From the NCBI GenBank assembly GCA_964016885.1, contig OZ024743.1, positions 257,238,001 through 257,302,000 on the forward strand: DNA of 64,000 nucleotides, written 5' to 3'. Source of the stretch: Eledone cirrhosa (lineage: Eukaryota). The position numbers and the translations under genes are program-made. The notes under the pieces are model-generated. The model was not told where the DNA came from. It saw nothing but the letters and a program-made list of their open reading frames with translations, and did no database searches. Below, piece after piece: positions 40,257 through 53,685 of this stretch. The stretch's first letter is position 1. Every line of letters begins with the position of its first letter.

Positions 40257-40930
40257 TATACATATATGTATATACACATATACCTATATATATATATATA
40301 CATGTATATGCATATATATACATATATATATATGTATATATACATATATATACATATATATATATACACATATATATATAGAAATACATATATATACATA
40401 TATATTTATATATACATATATGTATATATACATACATACATACATACATACATACACATATATACATACACGCATACAAACATATGTATATATATAGATA
40501 TATATATATATATATATATATAACGTTTGCGTGTGTGTGTAGACGGAGTGGCGGGGGTTTTAACTGATTCTGTGATTATAGATTCAAAGAATTATGTACC
40601 AAAGCCAGCCACATATTGAGATAGAGAACTAGGCTGAGCTCTCATTTGTGCACACATATACATATGTGTATGTAAGGGCATGTGTGTATCTATACACACA
40701 TACACGTCATACATGCATACATATACATATATATATGCAATACATTTGCATATATACATATATGTAATATATGTGTATACATACAGTCACACACAGACAC
40801 ACACACACACATATATATATATATAAACATATATATATATAAACATATATATATATAAACATATATATATATATATATAAACACACACACACATATATAT
40901 AAATATACACATACACACACATATATATGC
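40168..40930. repeat. Long (TA)n/(TACA)n compound microsatellite (representative of many in the window)
   Basis: Direct inspection; source of the YIYI/CVCV pseudo-ORFs. Confidence 0.95.
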
Positions 40931-41042
40931 TCATTTGTATGTGTGTAAAAAGAATGTTAGTTGTTAATTTAATTGAGTAAATGAAATGATACAGTGTCAG
41001 CTCTGTTTTTCCTTGTGACGTTTGGGAATGAATGTATGTTTG

Positions 41043-41100
<58 letters not shown>

Positions 41101-43789
41101 CAGTGGATTTATTATATTAAATTCTATATGATGGAATATATATGGCAATAACATGAAGATTAATGACAAGTCTAATCCAACATGCTAGTCTCAATTCATA
41201 TGTTAATAAAAACAACTCTCCATTAAAAATATCTATGTTTTTCAGCATTGTGGGGGCTGTTAAAATAAAATAACAGCCATGTCCTGGAGTCAATCTAATC
41301 TATTTTACTACAGCCCCATTCCTGCAAAAAATGTTAACCCTCTTTGCTATATTACAAATTATTTTTAAACAACGCCATTATAATGACTTCATCATCATAA
41401 CTCTCAGCTATTATCTGACCACCCTACCTCTGTAAAGCAAAGACTAATCTCCGACCAGTTTCAGTTGCTGCTTCCTTCTGCACCCATATAATGTTTATAA
41501 ATGTATCAATTATGTTTCTGCATTGATGTGTTTTATCTGTGTGGATTATCAACCCAATAGAAAGTCAGTTTCTTATATTCTCTGCATTTTAACACTTATT
41601 TTATAATATCTGAAGCCAGTGGAAATACATAGGCTTCAAAACTAAAAGGTAATCACTTAAAACCTACAAGATTCAGTGAGTTCATGTTTTACACATCTTC
41701 CCTTCACTTAGAAAACAAAATGAGGTTCCCATTGCAATAATTCTTTTTAGGTATATTGGTTCATTTAAAGATATCTATATTATTGCTCAGGTGGCAAATT
41801 TGCTGAGTTGTTAGAATATTGGCTAGAAAGCTTTGTAGTATTTGTTCCAGCTCTCTGCCCCCTGAGTTCAAATCTCACTGAGGTCAATTTTGCCTTCCAT
41901 CCTTTTAAAGTTGATAAAATAGTAAAAGTTGAGTACAGGGGTCAATTCTTTTGCTATATTGCTTACTTACTTTTTTTCAATCCTTCTATCCTTTTCTGAA
42001 AGAAACTGGTTATGTTCAGACCAGTGGCAAGAAGATGGGCTCTGCCAGGTTTAAAATGCCCAAGATATGTCATATATCATAGCAGCCTTTCTATGACACC
42101 ATTAGGAGTTACAGGTTCATATATACATTGTTGCTCAACCAAATCATTGTTCATAAGAGTGTGTGCTGTCTGCTTAAGTCTTTACACTATAGGTTTATGA
42201 TAAACCCACGATGCCTATTATTAGAAGGCTGAATTACATTTTGTACAATAGATCAACTATTGTATTTGATCTATCATACAAAAAGCATAATAGATCAACT
42301 CGAGTTGATGTATTACAGCCTTGGATGGAGCTTCTAAACAGTATCAAGTTGTTGTTCTTGTTGTTTAGCTCCAAGTCAACCTTCATCCAACAAACCTATG
42401 ATCAAAGCTATTCCAGTTTAAACAATACCATCCATTATTTTAAGGATATCTAGAAGTACAATCCACTATGAAGCATTTCTTCTTTGATGTGGTTGATAGT
42501 TTGGTTTAAGTGATATTTGGCTTTTATATCTAACAGTTTCAGTGCATTGATAGTACAAGCCCTCACTAGCTTGTACTTGGCTAAAGGTAAAATTAGTCAA
42601 GGAACAATTGCTGATATTACATTGGAACACTAACATAGTGTTTGGTTAATTTGTGGCTGATATTTGCTTATATTCCAAGCAGTTGGGGTACATTGACAGA
42701 GGCCCCTTCCACTTGGCTTGCAATTGGTTGAGGAGAAATTTAGTCCAGGAACGATTGTTGGAACTATATTCCATGAATTAGAACAGAAGGCATTAGTATT
42801 TGATAAATTTGGAGGATTTAGTTGCTATTACTAGCTGGTGGAATGATGACAATGATTCCCTCACTGACTCATGCTTAGTCAATGGAAAATTTAGTCAAAT
42901 AACATTTGCTGAAACTGTCTTCCAAGATATTATAACATCAGAGCTTCAGCAGCTTGGCAGACCACCAAAATTGTGTTTGATTAATGTATAATTCTACGGT
43001 GTAATATGAAATTCTCTATCATCTTTAGGATATTGTCTATAAACTTTATTTCTCTATAGATTACAAGTTCAGATGACTTTCTGATAAGATTGATACAGGT
43101 TGCAGCAGCTACTTTACTCCTATTATACCAAATGGGAGGGCACTATTACATTTACAGCTGTGGGGATAGAACAGGCAAGACTGAGTAATTAAAAATTTCT
43201 GTCTGTATTCATGTGGTAATAATAACAACATAAGCTGGGCCACTCATTTAAACAGCAAAGTTGACGTGGCCTGTGGAATGCATTCCTGGATTTTCAGAAC
43301 TTTCCAGTTAGGAGATATCCACAATATTATCCTTCTCCTCTCTACATTTGCCCAACCCCATCTTCAATACTGTTGTCCACTGTAGTCTCCCTCACACAAA
43401 AAAAAGTATCATGAAAATTGAAGCACCTCAAAAGGTCAATCACAAAAAAGATAGATGGCATAACAGGCCTTGACTATTGGGGTTTACTAGAAAGCTCAAA
43501 CTCTATTTTTTCCAACGCTGCCATGAAGGCTACATTATCTGAATGATGTGGAAACTATTCCATCATTATTGCCCAAAAGATTTTAGCATCATCTTTAAGG
43601 TACACCTATGGCTTGGGCCCAATGCTATTTAGCCACAACAAAAATCAAACTCGAGTCTCATAATTATGGCAAAATTATTTCACCTCAAATGGTCCCACTC
43701 TCTTTAATAATACTTCTAATATTTTAATGTTATCCAATTGCATTAAGTTGAAACTTACGTATAAGTTAATACAATGATTTGAAGTATCA

Positions 43790-44245
43790 TCTTTGGTTTT
43801 ATACTTGGCTGTTTGCTGCTAACTGTCCCGGTGCAGCTGCTACATGTAAAGCCTACATTCCTAACTAAGCTTCCTGAGATCCCACTACATCTCTTGTGTA
43901 CCCATAATTTGCATTTGGGGCAGAGGATAGAATTCCTACCTACACCTTTCCTACATACTGAGCAAGGGCATTTACCTGAAGCGATCTGGGTTCTGTTTTC
44001 TCATCTACGTACGAGGACCTTAGTCTTTGACAGGTTGACTTTGAGACCCCTTCTTTCTAATCCCTGCTTCCATATTTGGAATTTCTTCCTTAGTTCTGCC
44101 ATGGATTCAGCTATAAGTGTAAAATCATCTGCATACAGAAGTTCCCATGGGCATCCAGTCTTAAACTCCCCTTTCATAGGCTGCAATTATATAATAAACA
44201 GGAGAGGGCTAAGAACAGAGCTCTGGTGGACACCGACCTGTATGC
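43790..44245 (-). mobile_element. RTE-clade RT fragment
   Basis: GCPWELLYADD, GLKVNLSKTKVL. Confidence 0.85.
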
Positions 44246-44342
44246 TATATATATAAGCAACGAATTATTTAATTTGTTGATTATTCAACAAATTTAGTTT
44301 ATAACAGATTAGAAGCACTCAGCAAGATTCTTCTGGAGTATA

Positions 44343-44627
44343 ATATCAATAATATTAATAAATGGAAACTATCTTTATAAAACCATATTTATTTTATGAT
44401 ATATATTTCAAGGGTACCAAAATTTCGGCACGTTTTGAGTTCTGTTTGAATATTTCAAACAGAATTCAAAACGTTAAGTTCTAGTTTTGAATATGTCACT
44501 ATCTGTAAAACAATATTTGTATTTTATCTGATGAGAGGGTGCCAAAATGTTGGTTCCCTTGAAATATATATAATAAAATAAATATGGTTTGATAAAGATA
44601 GTTTCCATTTATTAATATTATTGATAT

Positions 44628-44632
<5 letters not shown>
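44343..44632 (+). repeat. Inverted-arm element of the 11715-12235 family with intact hammerhead 44520-44580
   Basis: TATTTTAT-CTGATGA-GAGGGTGCCAA.aatg.TTGGTTCCCTT-GAAA-TATATA-TA-ATAAAATA. Confidence 0.85.
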
Positions 44633-44689
<57 letters not shown>

Positions 44690-44902
44690 TTATATAAATA
44701 TACCGTCTAACCCATGCTAGCGTGGAAGATGGACGTTAAATATGTATACATATATATATAAATGGAATAGAATGAAACGAAATTTCATTTCTCACTCTTA
44801 GTACGGCACTTACTTAAATGTAAGTATGTATACGTACAGACATATATGTATACAGACGTACAGTAGTATGTATATATATACATACATGCACACATATATA
44901 TA

Positions 44903-45433
44903 TGCACGTATCGGTTTACCGAACATTTATTATAACAGCCCGAATTACGCCGTACAGTGTTTAGGCAACCACGTCACCTTTTTGTTCAACACTGACACAG
45001 GAACGATGTACTAGTTTCAAGCTTATTAGCTATTGTCAGCATCGTATACCTTCCTGCCAGATGGTTGAACGTCTGAAAGTATATACTTTCCTTATGCATA
45101 TTAACGGCTGAGCAGCCTAATTTGCATATCGAGTGAGTTCAGCCGGGTGCACTGTACGGCGTAATTCGGGCTGAACTCACTCGATATGCAAATTAGGCTG
45201 CTCAGCCGTTAATATCCATAAGGAAAGTATATACTTTCAGACGTTCAACCATCTGGCAGGAAGGTATACGATGCTGCTGATGATAGCTAATAAGCTTGAA
45301 ACTAGTACATCGTTCCTGTGTCGAACAAATAGGTGACGTGGTTGCCTAAAGACTACCGCGTAATTCGGGCTGTTTGTTTGTAAACAAACAAACCGAGCAT
45401 TATAATAAATGTTCGGTAAACCGATACGTGCAT
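44903..45433. mobile_element. ~530-bp palindrome of a ~199-bp hammerhead-bearing unit (HHR 45268-45313 +, 45003-45045 -)
   Basis: ACGATG-(ctg)CTGATGA-tAGCT.aata.AGCTt-GAAA-CTAG-TA-CATCGT; GTAATTCGGGCTG recurs at 45161 and 45360. Confidence 0.85.
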
Positions 45434-45441
45434 ATATATAT

Positions 45442-45586
45442 TATTTCTGAAGACGGCGTATATATGTGTTAGGTATGTATATTTAATCTTGATAATTTGT
45501 ATAATTTTGTATAATTTTGTACATAGATCTGTTGAATATGCATACCAATTATAACACATATATACCCTAGAAACGATCGTTAAATA
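45442..45586 (+). ncRNA. Hammerhead with ~115-nt stem II
   Basis: TATTT-CTGAAGA-[..GTATATATGTGTTA.GGTATGTATATT...AATATGCATACC..TAACACATATATAC..]-GAAA-CGATCG-TT-AAATA. Confidence 0.75.
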
Positions 45587-45780
45587 GTGAACTTTTTTTG
45601 TTTAATATAAGGAATTGTTTGTTCATTATTTGTTTAATATTTTATCTTGACTCTGTATACCGTTTATCTTTCACCGAAAGTGGATTTTCATTACATCTCT
45701 TCTTTCCATGATATCCGGAATACATTGAGTTCTTCATACGGATTGGACACTACCGTAAACTCTTGGTAGATTTATCTACA

Positions 45781-45855
<75 letters not shown>

Positions 45856-46689
45856 ATTTATATATATATATATTTATATATATATATATATTTATATATA
45901 TTTATATATACAAAAGTATATATTACATCAAAGGAAAAAATATTCTAGGAAAACAGAAGTAGTATCATGAAAATATAATAATAAAGGGGGAAAGAATTGA
46001 GATTATGGAATTTGTAGGTAAGTTATCTTTGTTTATATATAATTACATACTGAAATTATTGAGTAGAAATGTATTTAATAATTGATATGGTTATTTTATT
46101 ATTATTTTTTTTTCTAAATACGTAGTTGTGTATGTTCTAATGTTATGTGATAAAGTATTCATTTTAAAAGAAGGAGATAATTATCTATGTTAAAAATTAT
46201 CAATTCAATAATTTTATTTAAGTAGTTGATATATGTATATGAGAGACTATTAAAACTTTGTATAACTATTTAGAAATGAATAAAAAAGAATGTATTTATT
46301 ATAGTCGAATTTATTAATTTATATTAGATTAAATTTATTTAGATACAACCTGAATTTAAAGTAGATGAAAAATTGTAATGGAGGGAGATTATAACAGAGG
46401 AAAAAATAATTGGAGAAAAATAATGGAGAAAAATAACGTAAAAAAATAACAGAGAAAAGTAATGGAGCAAAAAATTAGTTAACTTATTTTGTCATATAGT
46501 CTAGATTGAAAAAAAATATATCATTTTAAAATTATATACAAAGGAGTAATACCTATCATATTATTATTTTTTTATATATATAAAGCTTAATTAAAAAAGT
46601 TTAAATGTATTCAAGAATAAGTGGAGGCGAGAATTAAAACAATATATAAAGGAATATTCAGTATTATGTTATCTCTTTTTAACTAAAAA

Positions 46690-47500
46690 CTCTATGGAAC
46701 ATTTTGAGAATCGGTGGAGGTACGAGTTATAGATCTCAAATTTTTTATTAATAATTATTCTCCTATTCTTAAGTATATAGAGAATTTCAGTGGTACATAC
46801 CCTTGAAATGGAAGAATTTATATAAGGTAAAGCAAAAGAAAGTTTTTGCCAAAAAAGAGAATATTCTATATTTTTATTTTTAAGTGACCAAATTTATTCA
46901 GATAAAGCAGTACTAAATTTCTTGTCGTCTCTCTTGAGCGTGTGGCAGTGATTAAACCACCTTTCTTTAAATTTAGAGAAAGTGACACCAATATAATTGT
47001 AAGACTTATCTTTTGTTTTAAAAATCTATTTGTAAACTAAATTACTGTCAAGAGTAACTGTTTTTACAATTGCAATTACCTACATTGTTATTTAATGATG
47101 CCGCTCTGTTTTCATAGTTCAGGTTATTGGTATAATTGATGTTAATCGAGGAGTTGTTTATTCTATTAGTGATTCTCTGATTATCATTAGGGGTTAATTC
47201 CCTATGAATAGTTCCGAGATTTCTCTTATTAATTTTAGCTATATTTTGGGCAATATTCATAGTGGTTGAGTATGAGAGTTTAATTGTATGTCTATTAAAA
47301 ATTCTACTATATTTATACGTTTTGGGGAAGTATTTATCAAGAGCATTGAAGAAGAGGTGAGCTACGTTTTTTTTTATTCCCAGTGATAGTTGTGGAGAAT
47401 ACCATAAAATAGAATGGGAACGGATTCTTTTACAAGGCTAATTGGTTTTATAGGAGTTATATCGATTATATGATTGATTTTGTTTAGTTCTATGGCTTAT
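46690..47500 (-). mobile_element. AT-rich Penelope-like (Naiad-type) remnant: linker + GIY-YIG
   Basis: IFNRHTIKLSYSTTMNIAQ, NCNC, YIGVT..FKERWFNH, STALS..IWSLK across stops and frameshifts. Confidence 0.8.
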
Positions 47501-48254
47501 GCTACGGATATTGTCATTATTATAACTAGCAGAAAAACCACCCTTCGTGTGGTTTTCTGCTACCATATGTAGTGTGTATATTGATATTATACGCAGGTAT
47601 ATATATATACATGTAGATATGATACATCAAATAAAATCGTAATTGACAATATATAATACATTGAAATTGAACGAAGACTGCGTTACACTGTCTTATATAA
47701 TCAGTAACGTAATCCATGGTACATTAAAAATGACGATATTATATATGAACTGCATTAGGAGAAAATTAGTATGTTTATTTAAGCGATGGCCAACCGGAAG
47801 TATTGACATTTCAGAAATTTTAAAGAAGTGAATCTTTAAATAAACAAAATATATTTAATCAACAGCCACGAAATTTAGTAGATAAATTATGTAATATTCA
47901 TTCGTTATTTATTCAAAGTAATCCAAATTATTTTACTAATAGGATAAACAAATTATAAACCGTACGCAGTCCCGCGCTCCTTACTTTATTATAGTTTAGA
48001 TTGTTATAAGATGAATGTGCATTAGTATTAAATGAATGTTGATTTACATACGGGGGGGGGGGTATTTTCATCTATATATTCAATTTTATCAGGATAACCT
48101 GCACTATTTAACGCATAGTATTTAGACTTATTTTCAAAAAATTCATTATTGGTTGAGATTCTAGAGATTCTTTGGTGAACGCTGTTAACTATAGCCTTTT
48201 TAACATTTCACGGGTGGTTTGAATGGAAGCTAACATATACATACATATATATCT

Positions 48255-49020
48255 ATCTAGGGCGGGTAAAATACCCGAGATCATGGACAAGTTCTCTCCA
48301 GCGGTCACTGTCCCTCATCATCGCTACCATGTCCTGCGTCTCCAAGAGACCTGTTTCTGTACTTAGGGCATCAACATATGTCAACCTTGGTCTCCCTCTT
48401 CTAGGCTGTCTGTGTGTGGGCTCTCACAGGAGCACTGAGAGTAGTGTCAACTCTGAATGTCGGTGAGCATGTCCACTCTGCGTTACTTTCAGTCCCCTCA
48501 GTCTTACCTTCGAGCTAACTTTTGGGAGGCTCCCATACAATTCTGAGTTCTTCATCTTTAGTGTATACTGATTAATGTTCAGAGCCATCCTCAGCAATCT
48601 CATGTAGCACCCATCCCCCATCTGAGTGAGTTTCTTGGTCAGTGTCCAAGTCCCTGCCCGAGGAAGATCTTACAGTCTTATGGAATCCCCAAGAATATAG
48701 TGGACCAGATATCACTGCTCTACACCAACACTAAAGCCCAAGTCATTACACCTAATAGGACGACGGAGTTCTTTGAGATAATGACAGGAGTTCTCCAGGC
48801 AGATACATTGGCTCCCTACCATTATATCATTACAGTGAACTATTGTAAGTGCCTCGCACTGGAGAAACACTAGGAGTTTGGCTTTACTGTAGTACTGGCC
48901 CAGAGTAGGAGAGTTAAGGGGGAAAATATATCAGATGCTGAATTTGCTGACGACATATTTCTGGTGATAAACACAGTGAAGGAGGCAGAGGAGTTGATGC
49001 AGGAGGGGGAGACTATGTCG
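48255..49020 (-). mobile_element. RTE-like LINE fragment with inverted 5' part
   Basis: 48255-48655 (-): DGCYMRLLRMALNI..RRGRPRLTYVDAL with TAGA tail. 48660-49020 (+): GVLQADTLAP, EFADDI. Confidence 0.75.
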
Positions 49021-49375
49021 ACATATATATATATAAACACATATATACACATATTTGCATATATATATATATACACATATATATATATATATATGTACAC
49101 ACACACACACATATATATATATGTATGTATATATATGTGTATATATATATATCTATATGTATGTATATACGTATGTATATTTATATATAAATGAGATAAG
49201 GGAAAATACTTTGAGAGGAAGTTGCCCCTGAAATGGGAATACAAACGGAATAAATCCTGCTAAATATGAAGGGTTTCTAAGTGTGTGTGTATGTATATAT
49301 ATATGTGTGTGTGCGTAAGTATATATATATATACCAAGTAAGAATATTTTCGAAACAGCGAGCGGGTTTGAAATT

Positions 49376-49549
49376 ATTATAAATGTAAGCTATCGCCGTA
49401 TTTTGACTAAAGAAATTATTTAGCCTGATAGTGGGGTTAAGAACCCTCAGACGTCAATACTCATCTTTTTCCATTTCTCCGAGGGTTATTAACCCCACTA
49501 TCGGGCTAAATAATTTCTTTAGTCAAAATATGGCGATAGCTTACATTTA

Positions 49550-49552
<3 letters not shown>
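49376..49552. repeat. ~75-bp-arm inverted repeat
   Basis: TTATAAATGTAAGCTATCGCC... / ...GGCGATAGCTTACATTTATAA. Confidence 0.85.
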
Positions 49553-49597
<45 letters not shown>

Positions 49598-49642
49598 AAA
49601 GTTAAATAAAAGTCAAATGATTAAAATTTAGCTTCGTTTATT

Positions 49643-49697
49643 ACTGCTATATATATTTCAGTGACAGCCATCTTTGGCTGTGACCTCTTCAGGCAGT
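49643..49697 (-). ncRNA. Minimal type I hammerhead, probably in the 3' pLTR of the adjacent PLE
   Basis: ACTGC-CTGAAGA-GGTCACAGCC.aaagat.GGCTGTCACT-GAAA-TATATA-TA-GCAGT; same strand as, and downstream of, the PLE ORF. Confidence 0.85.
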
Positions 49698-50910
49698 TTG
49701 AATTAGTATGGTATAGACAAGTACATATGTTGTTTAGGTGTATAATATTGTCAATACTCTGATATGCCCAGTTCCTTGTTGGGTTGTTAATTCACTGAGG
49801 AACTGGAGTCATATGAATTCAAACAAACGAATTTCAGTGTCAAAGGTCCCCTTCTCCTCTCATTGGTCAGTTATTAGAACATTCCTCATTCTAAGTGTTG
49901 TTATTGTTGGAGTTAGCTTAAAAATTGATAAAATGGTAGAAGGGACAAGGTGTTAAAGGAACAAAATAACAAAAAAAGTGTCAAACTTCCCATTGGTCAG
50001 TTCTGAGAGCATTCCTCAGTCAGAAGTCTATAGAATTCTTTCTGGGGTGAGGCTCCCTGTAGTGTTTTTGCCTGCTATTGTTCAGTACATTTGACCTCGA
50101 CCATTATTTTGGTACTGTTGTTGGTGTAGTGGTCAGCTTATATCTTGCTGCTGCTAACAATTTAGAAGTATCCAGTTTGTGTTTTTTCTTCATCCCTCCT
50201 GCCACCATCGTAGTGGTGGTGGTGGCGGGGGGGGGGGGGTTATTCCATGTATATGAAGATATATAAGGCAATAAATTAAGAAAACAGAAAATAAATAAAT
50301 AATATAATAAAATAATTAATATAATTTGTGTAATTTGTAAATAAATAAATAAATAGAGAATAAAGAATAAAGAATAAATGAGAGATTGGTGAAAAAGTAA
50401 TGAAAATGAATATGGAGAAGTGAGAAATAATGTAGGATAAAGTGTGTGTGTGTGTGTGTGTGCTATAACCAATCTCAAGGTCAGAATATGTTGGATAGAT
50501 TGGTATGAGACAAGATGTTAAGATGAGATATTCAAACTAAATGTGTTTGTGTTATAATCCATCTCAACTTAAAATAAATATAAGGTGATACAGTGAAGAG
50601 GGCAGAAAACAAATAACAAATTAATAAAGAGAAATCAAGATTTAAGATTGGAACTTGAAAGTCAGAAATCTGGTAAATTAAAAGTGTTTGTGTTATAGAT
50701 GTTGGCCAAATTATTATGGCTGTGTCCGATTCTATTTCTAGGCTATCATGGTGTCTGCTCCGCCTGGGTTGTTCCCTGTGGCTTGAGGGGAGTTCACAAC
50801 CTAGGGTGTTGTTATTGCCCATATAGTTTGAGGGAGGTCTGGCCGAGAGGTGTTTTCATGTTCTGTAGAAGTCCCTATAGCTTGAGGGGAGTTCACATCT
50901 TCTTGTGTTG

Positions 50911-53685
50911 CTACTGTCCATATATCTTGAGAAAGGTCTCGGCTCTAAGGTGTCTGCATGTCCCGAAGAAGTCGGTTCTGAGGTTTATCAGGCCGCTTCC
51001 CCCTCTTACTATCTCGAGGGTCTCGTTCAGGCATAGTTTGCATATGCAAGATCCCCCTTTATCGGGTGGTACTTTCCTGATTATGTACCAGGCCAGAGAG
51101 TATGGGGTCCTGTCCAGCTTAAGCTTCCAGATCAGGTCGGAGAGAGCTGTGCTTTTCCTTTTGGCCTCCTTCTTGAATGAATGGCGATGGTTGTACCAGC
51201 GGTCCTTAAAGCTCGTTGATGTGGCTCCTATGTAGAGGTGTTCGGAGTTGGGGGGTTTTAACCCTACAACCGTACACTAGGTTCTTCTTGAGGCATTCAT
51301 TACCAAGGGGGCATGATTCGGGGTTTCTGCAGTTGCAGAGGGTGGTCGGCCTTTGCGTGCCTAGATTAGGGTTCCCGTTACGTGTTACATGTTGGTCTTC
51401 CCCCCAGGCTCGGTGGGGCGTCCTCGGGTCTGTTTGAGTTTCTTGGGTGGGCTCTGGGTCCCCCCTTCCCTCCTTTCACATGGTTCTGCTGAGTGTTTGT
51501 ATTGCCATCTTATGGTTGTGTGTGGTTTTTAAGCCTACTTCTGTTGATGCTAGCTATGTGTTGGGCCAGGATCTTCAACAGCTATGTGTTGGGCCAGGAT
51601 CTTCAACAGCTATGTGTTGGGCCAGGATCTTCAACAGACACACTGTGAAGCTTTCGTATTCCACCACGAGAGTGGAATACGAAAGCTTCACAGTGTGTCT
51701 GTTGAATATCCTGTGGTATCTGTGGTCCCTCGGGAAGCATTTGTCAAGTACTCCAAAGAATAATCGGGCCAAGCTTTTCTTTAGGGCCGCTGAGTAGGGT
51801 GGCTTGTACCACGTGATTTGTCGGTGTCTCCTCCTATATGTGTGGGTCGGGGGCTTCGTGATTTGTTGGAGATTTGTTGGGTTGCTGGTGGTTTCCGCGC
51901 TGTTGCTTCCCCTTTGGGCTCTATGCTTTTTGTTATCTTCGCGGCCCGAATTTGTGGGGTGGTCGTTGTCCGCCCCGGGAGATCCATCGTGGGGTGGTCG
52001 CCCGTTCCCCCCCCCCGCCACGTGTCCTGCGGTTTGGGTCGTCCGTCCTGGGTGGTTAGCATCACGCCTGAGACTGCTACTCATATTGTGCTCCATCTCG
52101 TGGTCAAGCGCACTGGTCCCCACCGCCCGTATGGTGGTGTCGGGTACATGGTGCCTATTTGATTCTGCTCTGCCTGTATTGTTAGGGTTCACCCTCCCCC
52201 CTCGGGCAACGCGGTTGTGGGTGTCTGTTGGGCTATCCACCTCCCGGCTTTTCGGACTATATGTTATATTTTGTCCATGTGCCGCCTTCTTTAGAGCTGC
52301 GTTGTAATATTCCGCGTGGTTATTGAATATTTCCTTACTTGAGGACAGGCTGGAGATCCTGTCCGAGACACTCTTCACCACTGCCTTGGTTATGGATCTA
52401 GGGTGGTTTGATTTGGCGTTAACATATACGAGTTTCTCGTTGGGCTTGTGGTAGGGGTAGTATTGCTCGGTGTTCAGGTTTAGGGTGGTGTCTAGGAAGT
52501 TAACTACCTTCCTATTTGGGTCTATTTCTATGCTGAGCCCCTGGTTCTTAAAGAAATGGCGAATACGCCTCCTCATACCCTCCAACATATTGGTGCTGTG
52601 GTCATATACTGTGAATAGAGCATCGTCGCGATATAATCCGGTGCCCAGGCAGGGGATTTCATCTTTTATCTGCTTCAGCAGGTAGAGCCCAACCAGGTCC
52701 GTTACCTGCGCTGAGTCTCTGGAGCCCATCGTGATGTCAAATTTATTTGGCCAATCATTCCTGTTCCAAAGGTCTCCATCGAAGCGGATTAAGGTCTTTC
52801 TTGCGGCATGGATGATGCTCACCTCCTCTCGGGTTAGGTCCGTATTGGATATCGCTATAAATAGGGCCTTATTAAGTACTATGGGTGAGATTGGGGAGTA
52901 GTAGCTTGCGATGTCCAGTTGTATAAAGCTGGTCCTACTTTTCTCATGCATTATTTTGAACCATTCTATTACTTCTCTCGTGCATGACCATTGCCGTAAT
53001 TTGGTTTTCTTCCGAAGCTTGGGCAAAATCCTATCCAGTATTCTTTTACTGACGATCCCTAGGTCAGATCTGGAGGGGGATATTAGTCTGACAGGGAGGT
53101 CGGACTCAAAGTTTGGCTTGTGGTCTTTAAGGGTAATCCGCGGCTCACTTGGTTGGTATGGAGCCGTCCTGTCCTCTATGCCGATTCTGGATATAATCAT
53201 GTAAGCTGTGGCATTGATCTCATCCAGGGTAAATCCAGGTGTTTTTTGTAGCATTTCCTCAGTTCCCTGAGGATTAGCTTATTGTACAGTTCAGTGTTCA
53301 TGTTGTAGAGGTTGTTTGTTTTGTCAGCATGGACAAGTATTCCAGTTGTCCCTTTAAGTACTGTAATCCGGTTTTTCAGGTGTCTGAGGTACTCCTGACT
53401 TTTGCTTGGGTTTCCGGAGAATTTGAGGTTGGATATGATGTTAATCATCTCGTTTTCAAACTCCTCCATTAGTCTGTTGGGGGGGGGGGTGTTCCTCCTT
53501 GATCGAAAAAGGTACTCCATGTTTTGTGTGTTGGTAATTTTCTGCGTTCCTCTTTCGAAGTGGAACGCCTTCCATCTCATCCTACGGATGAGGGAGTCCG
53601 TACTCTTGATGAGATCACTGTTGTATTCTCGTTTATCAGGTAGGGGGATGTCCTTCAGTGACGCTAAGGTTGCCAGTTTATCCAT
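50911..53685 (-). pseudogene. Penelope-like element ORF, Naiad-type (RT + C-terminal GIY-YIG endonuclease), one frameshift and one internal rearrangement
   Basis: SLKDIPLP..RRMRWKAFHF; LDIASYY, ITMGSRDSAQVTDLVG, YRDD, VNFLD, SNHP; WYKPPYS; CNC..CPL..CL..NLVY..YIGAT..FKDRWYNH..CKLCLNE..CRH, stop at 50911. Confidence 0.92.

Noticed and set aside
40124-40934. Many YIYI/CVCV/ERER ORFs here and elsewhere
   Set aside because: Translations of (TA)n, (CA)n and (GA)n microsatellites.
47525-47565. CTAG plus hairpin resembling another Helitron end
   Set aside because: No matching 5' end or internal homology identified; too weak to call.
50911-51345. Selenocysteine recoding in the Naiad endonuclease
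   Set aside because: The conserved Cys positions are Cys codons and I saw no convincing SECIS.
51553-51636. 28-bp direct repeats resembling a CRISPR array
   Set aside because: No spacers, eukaryotic context, and the sequence is derived from the PLE ORF.
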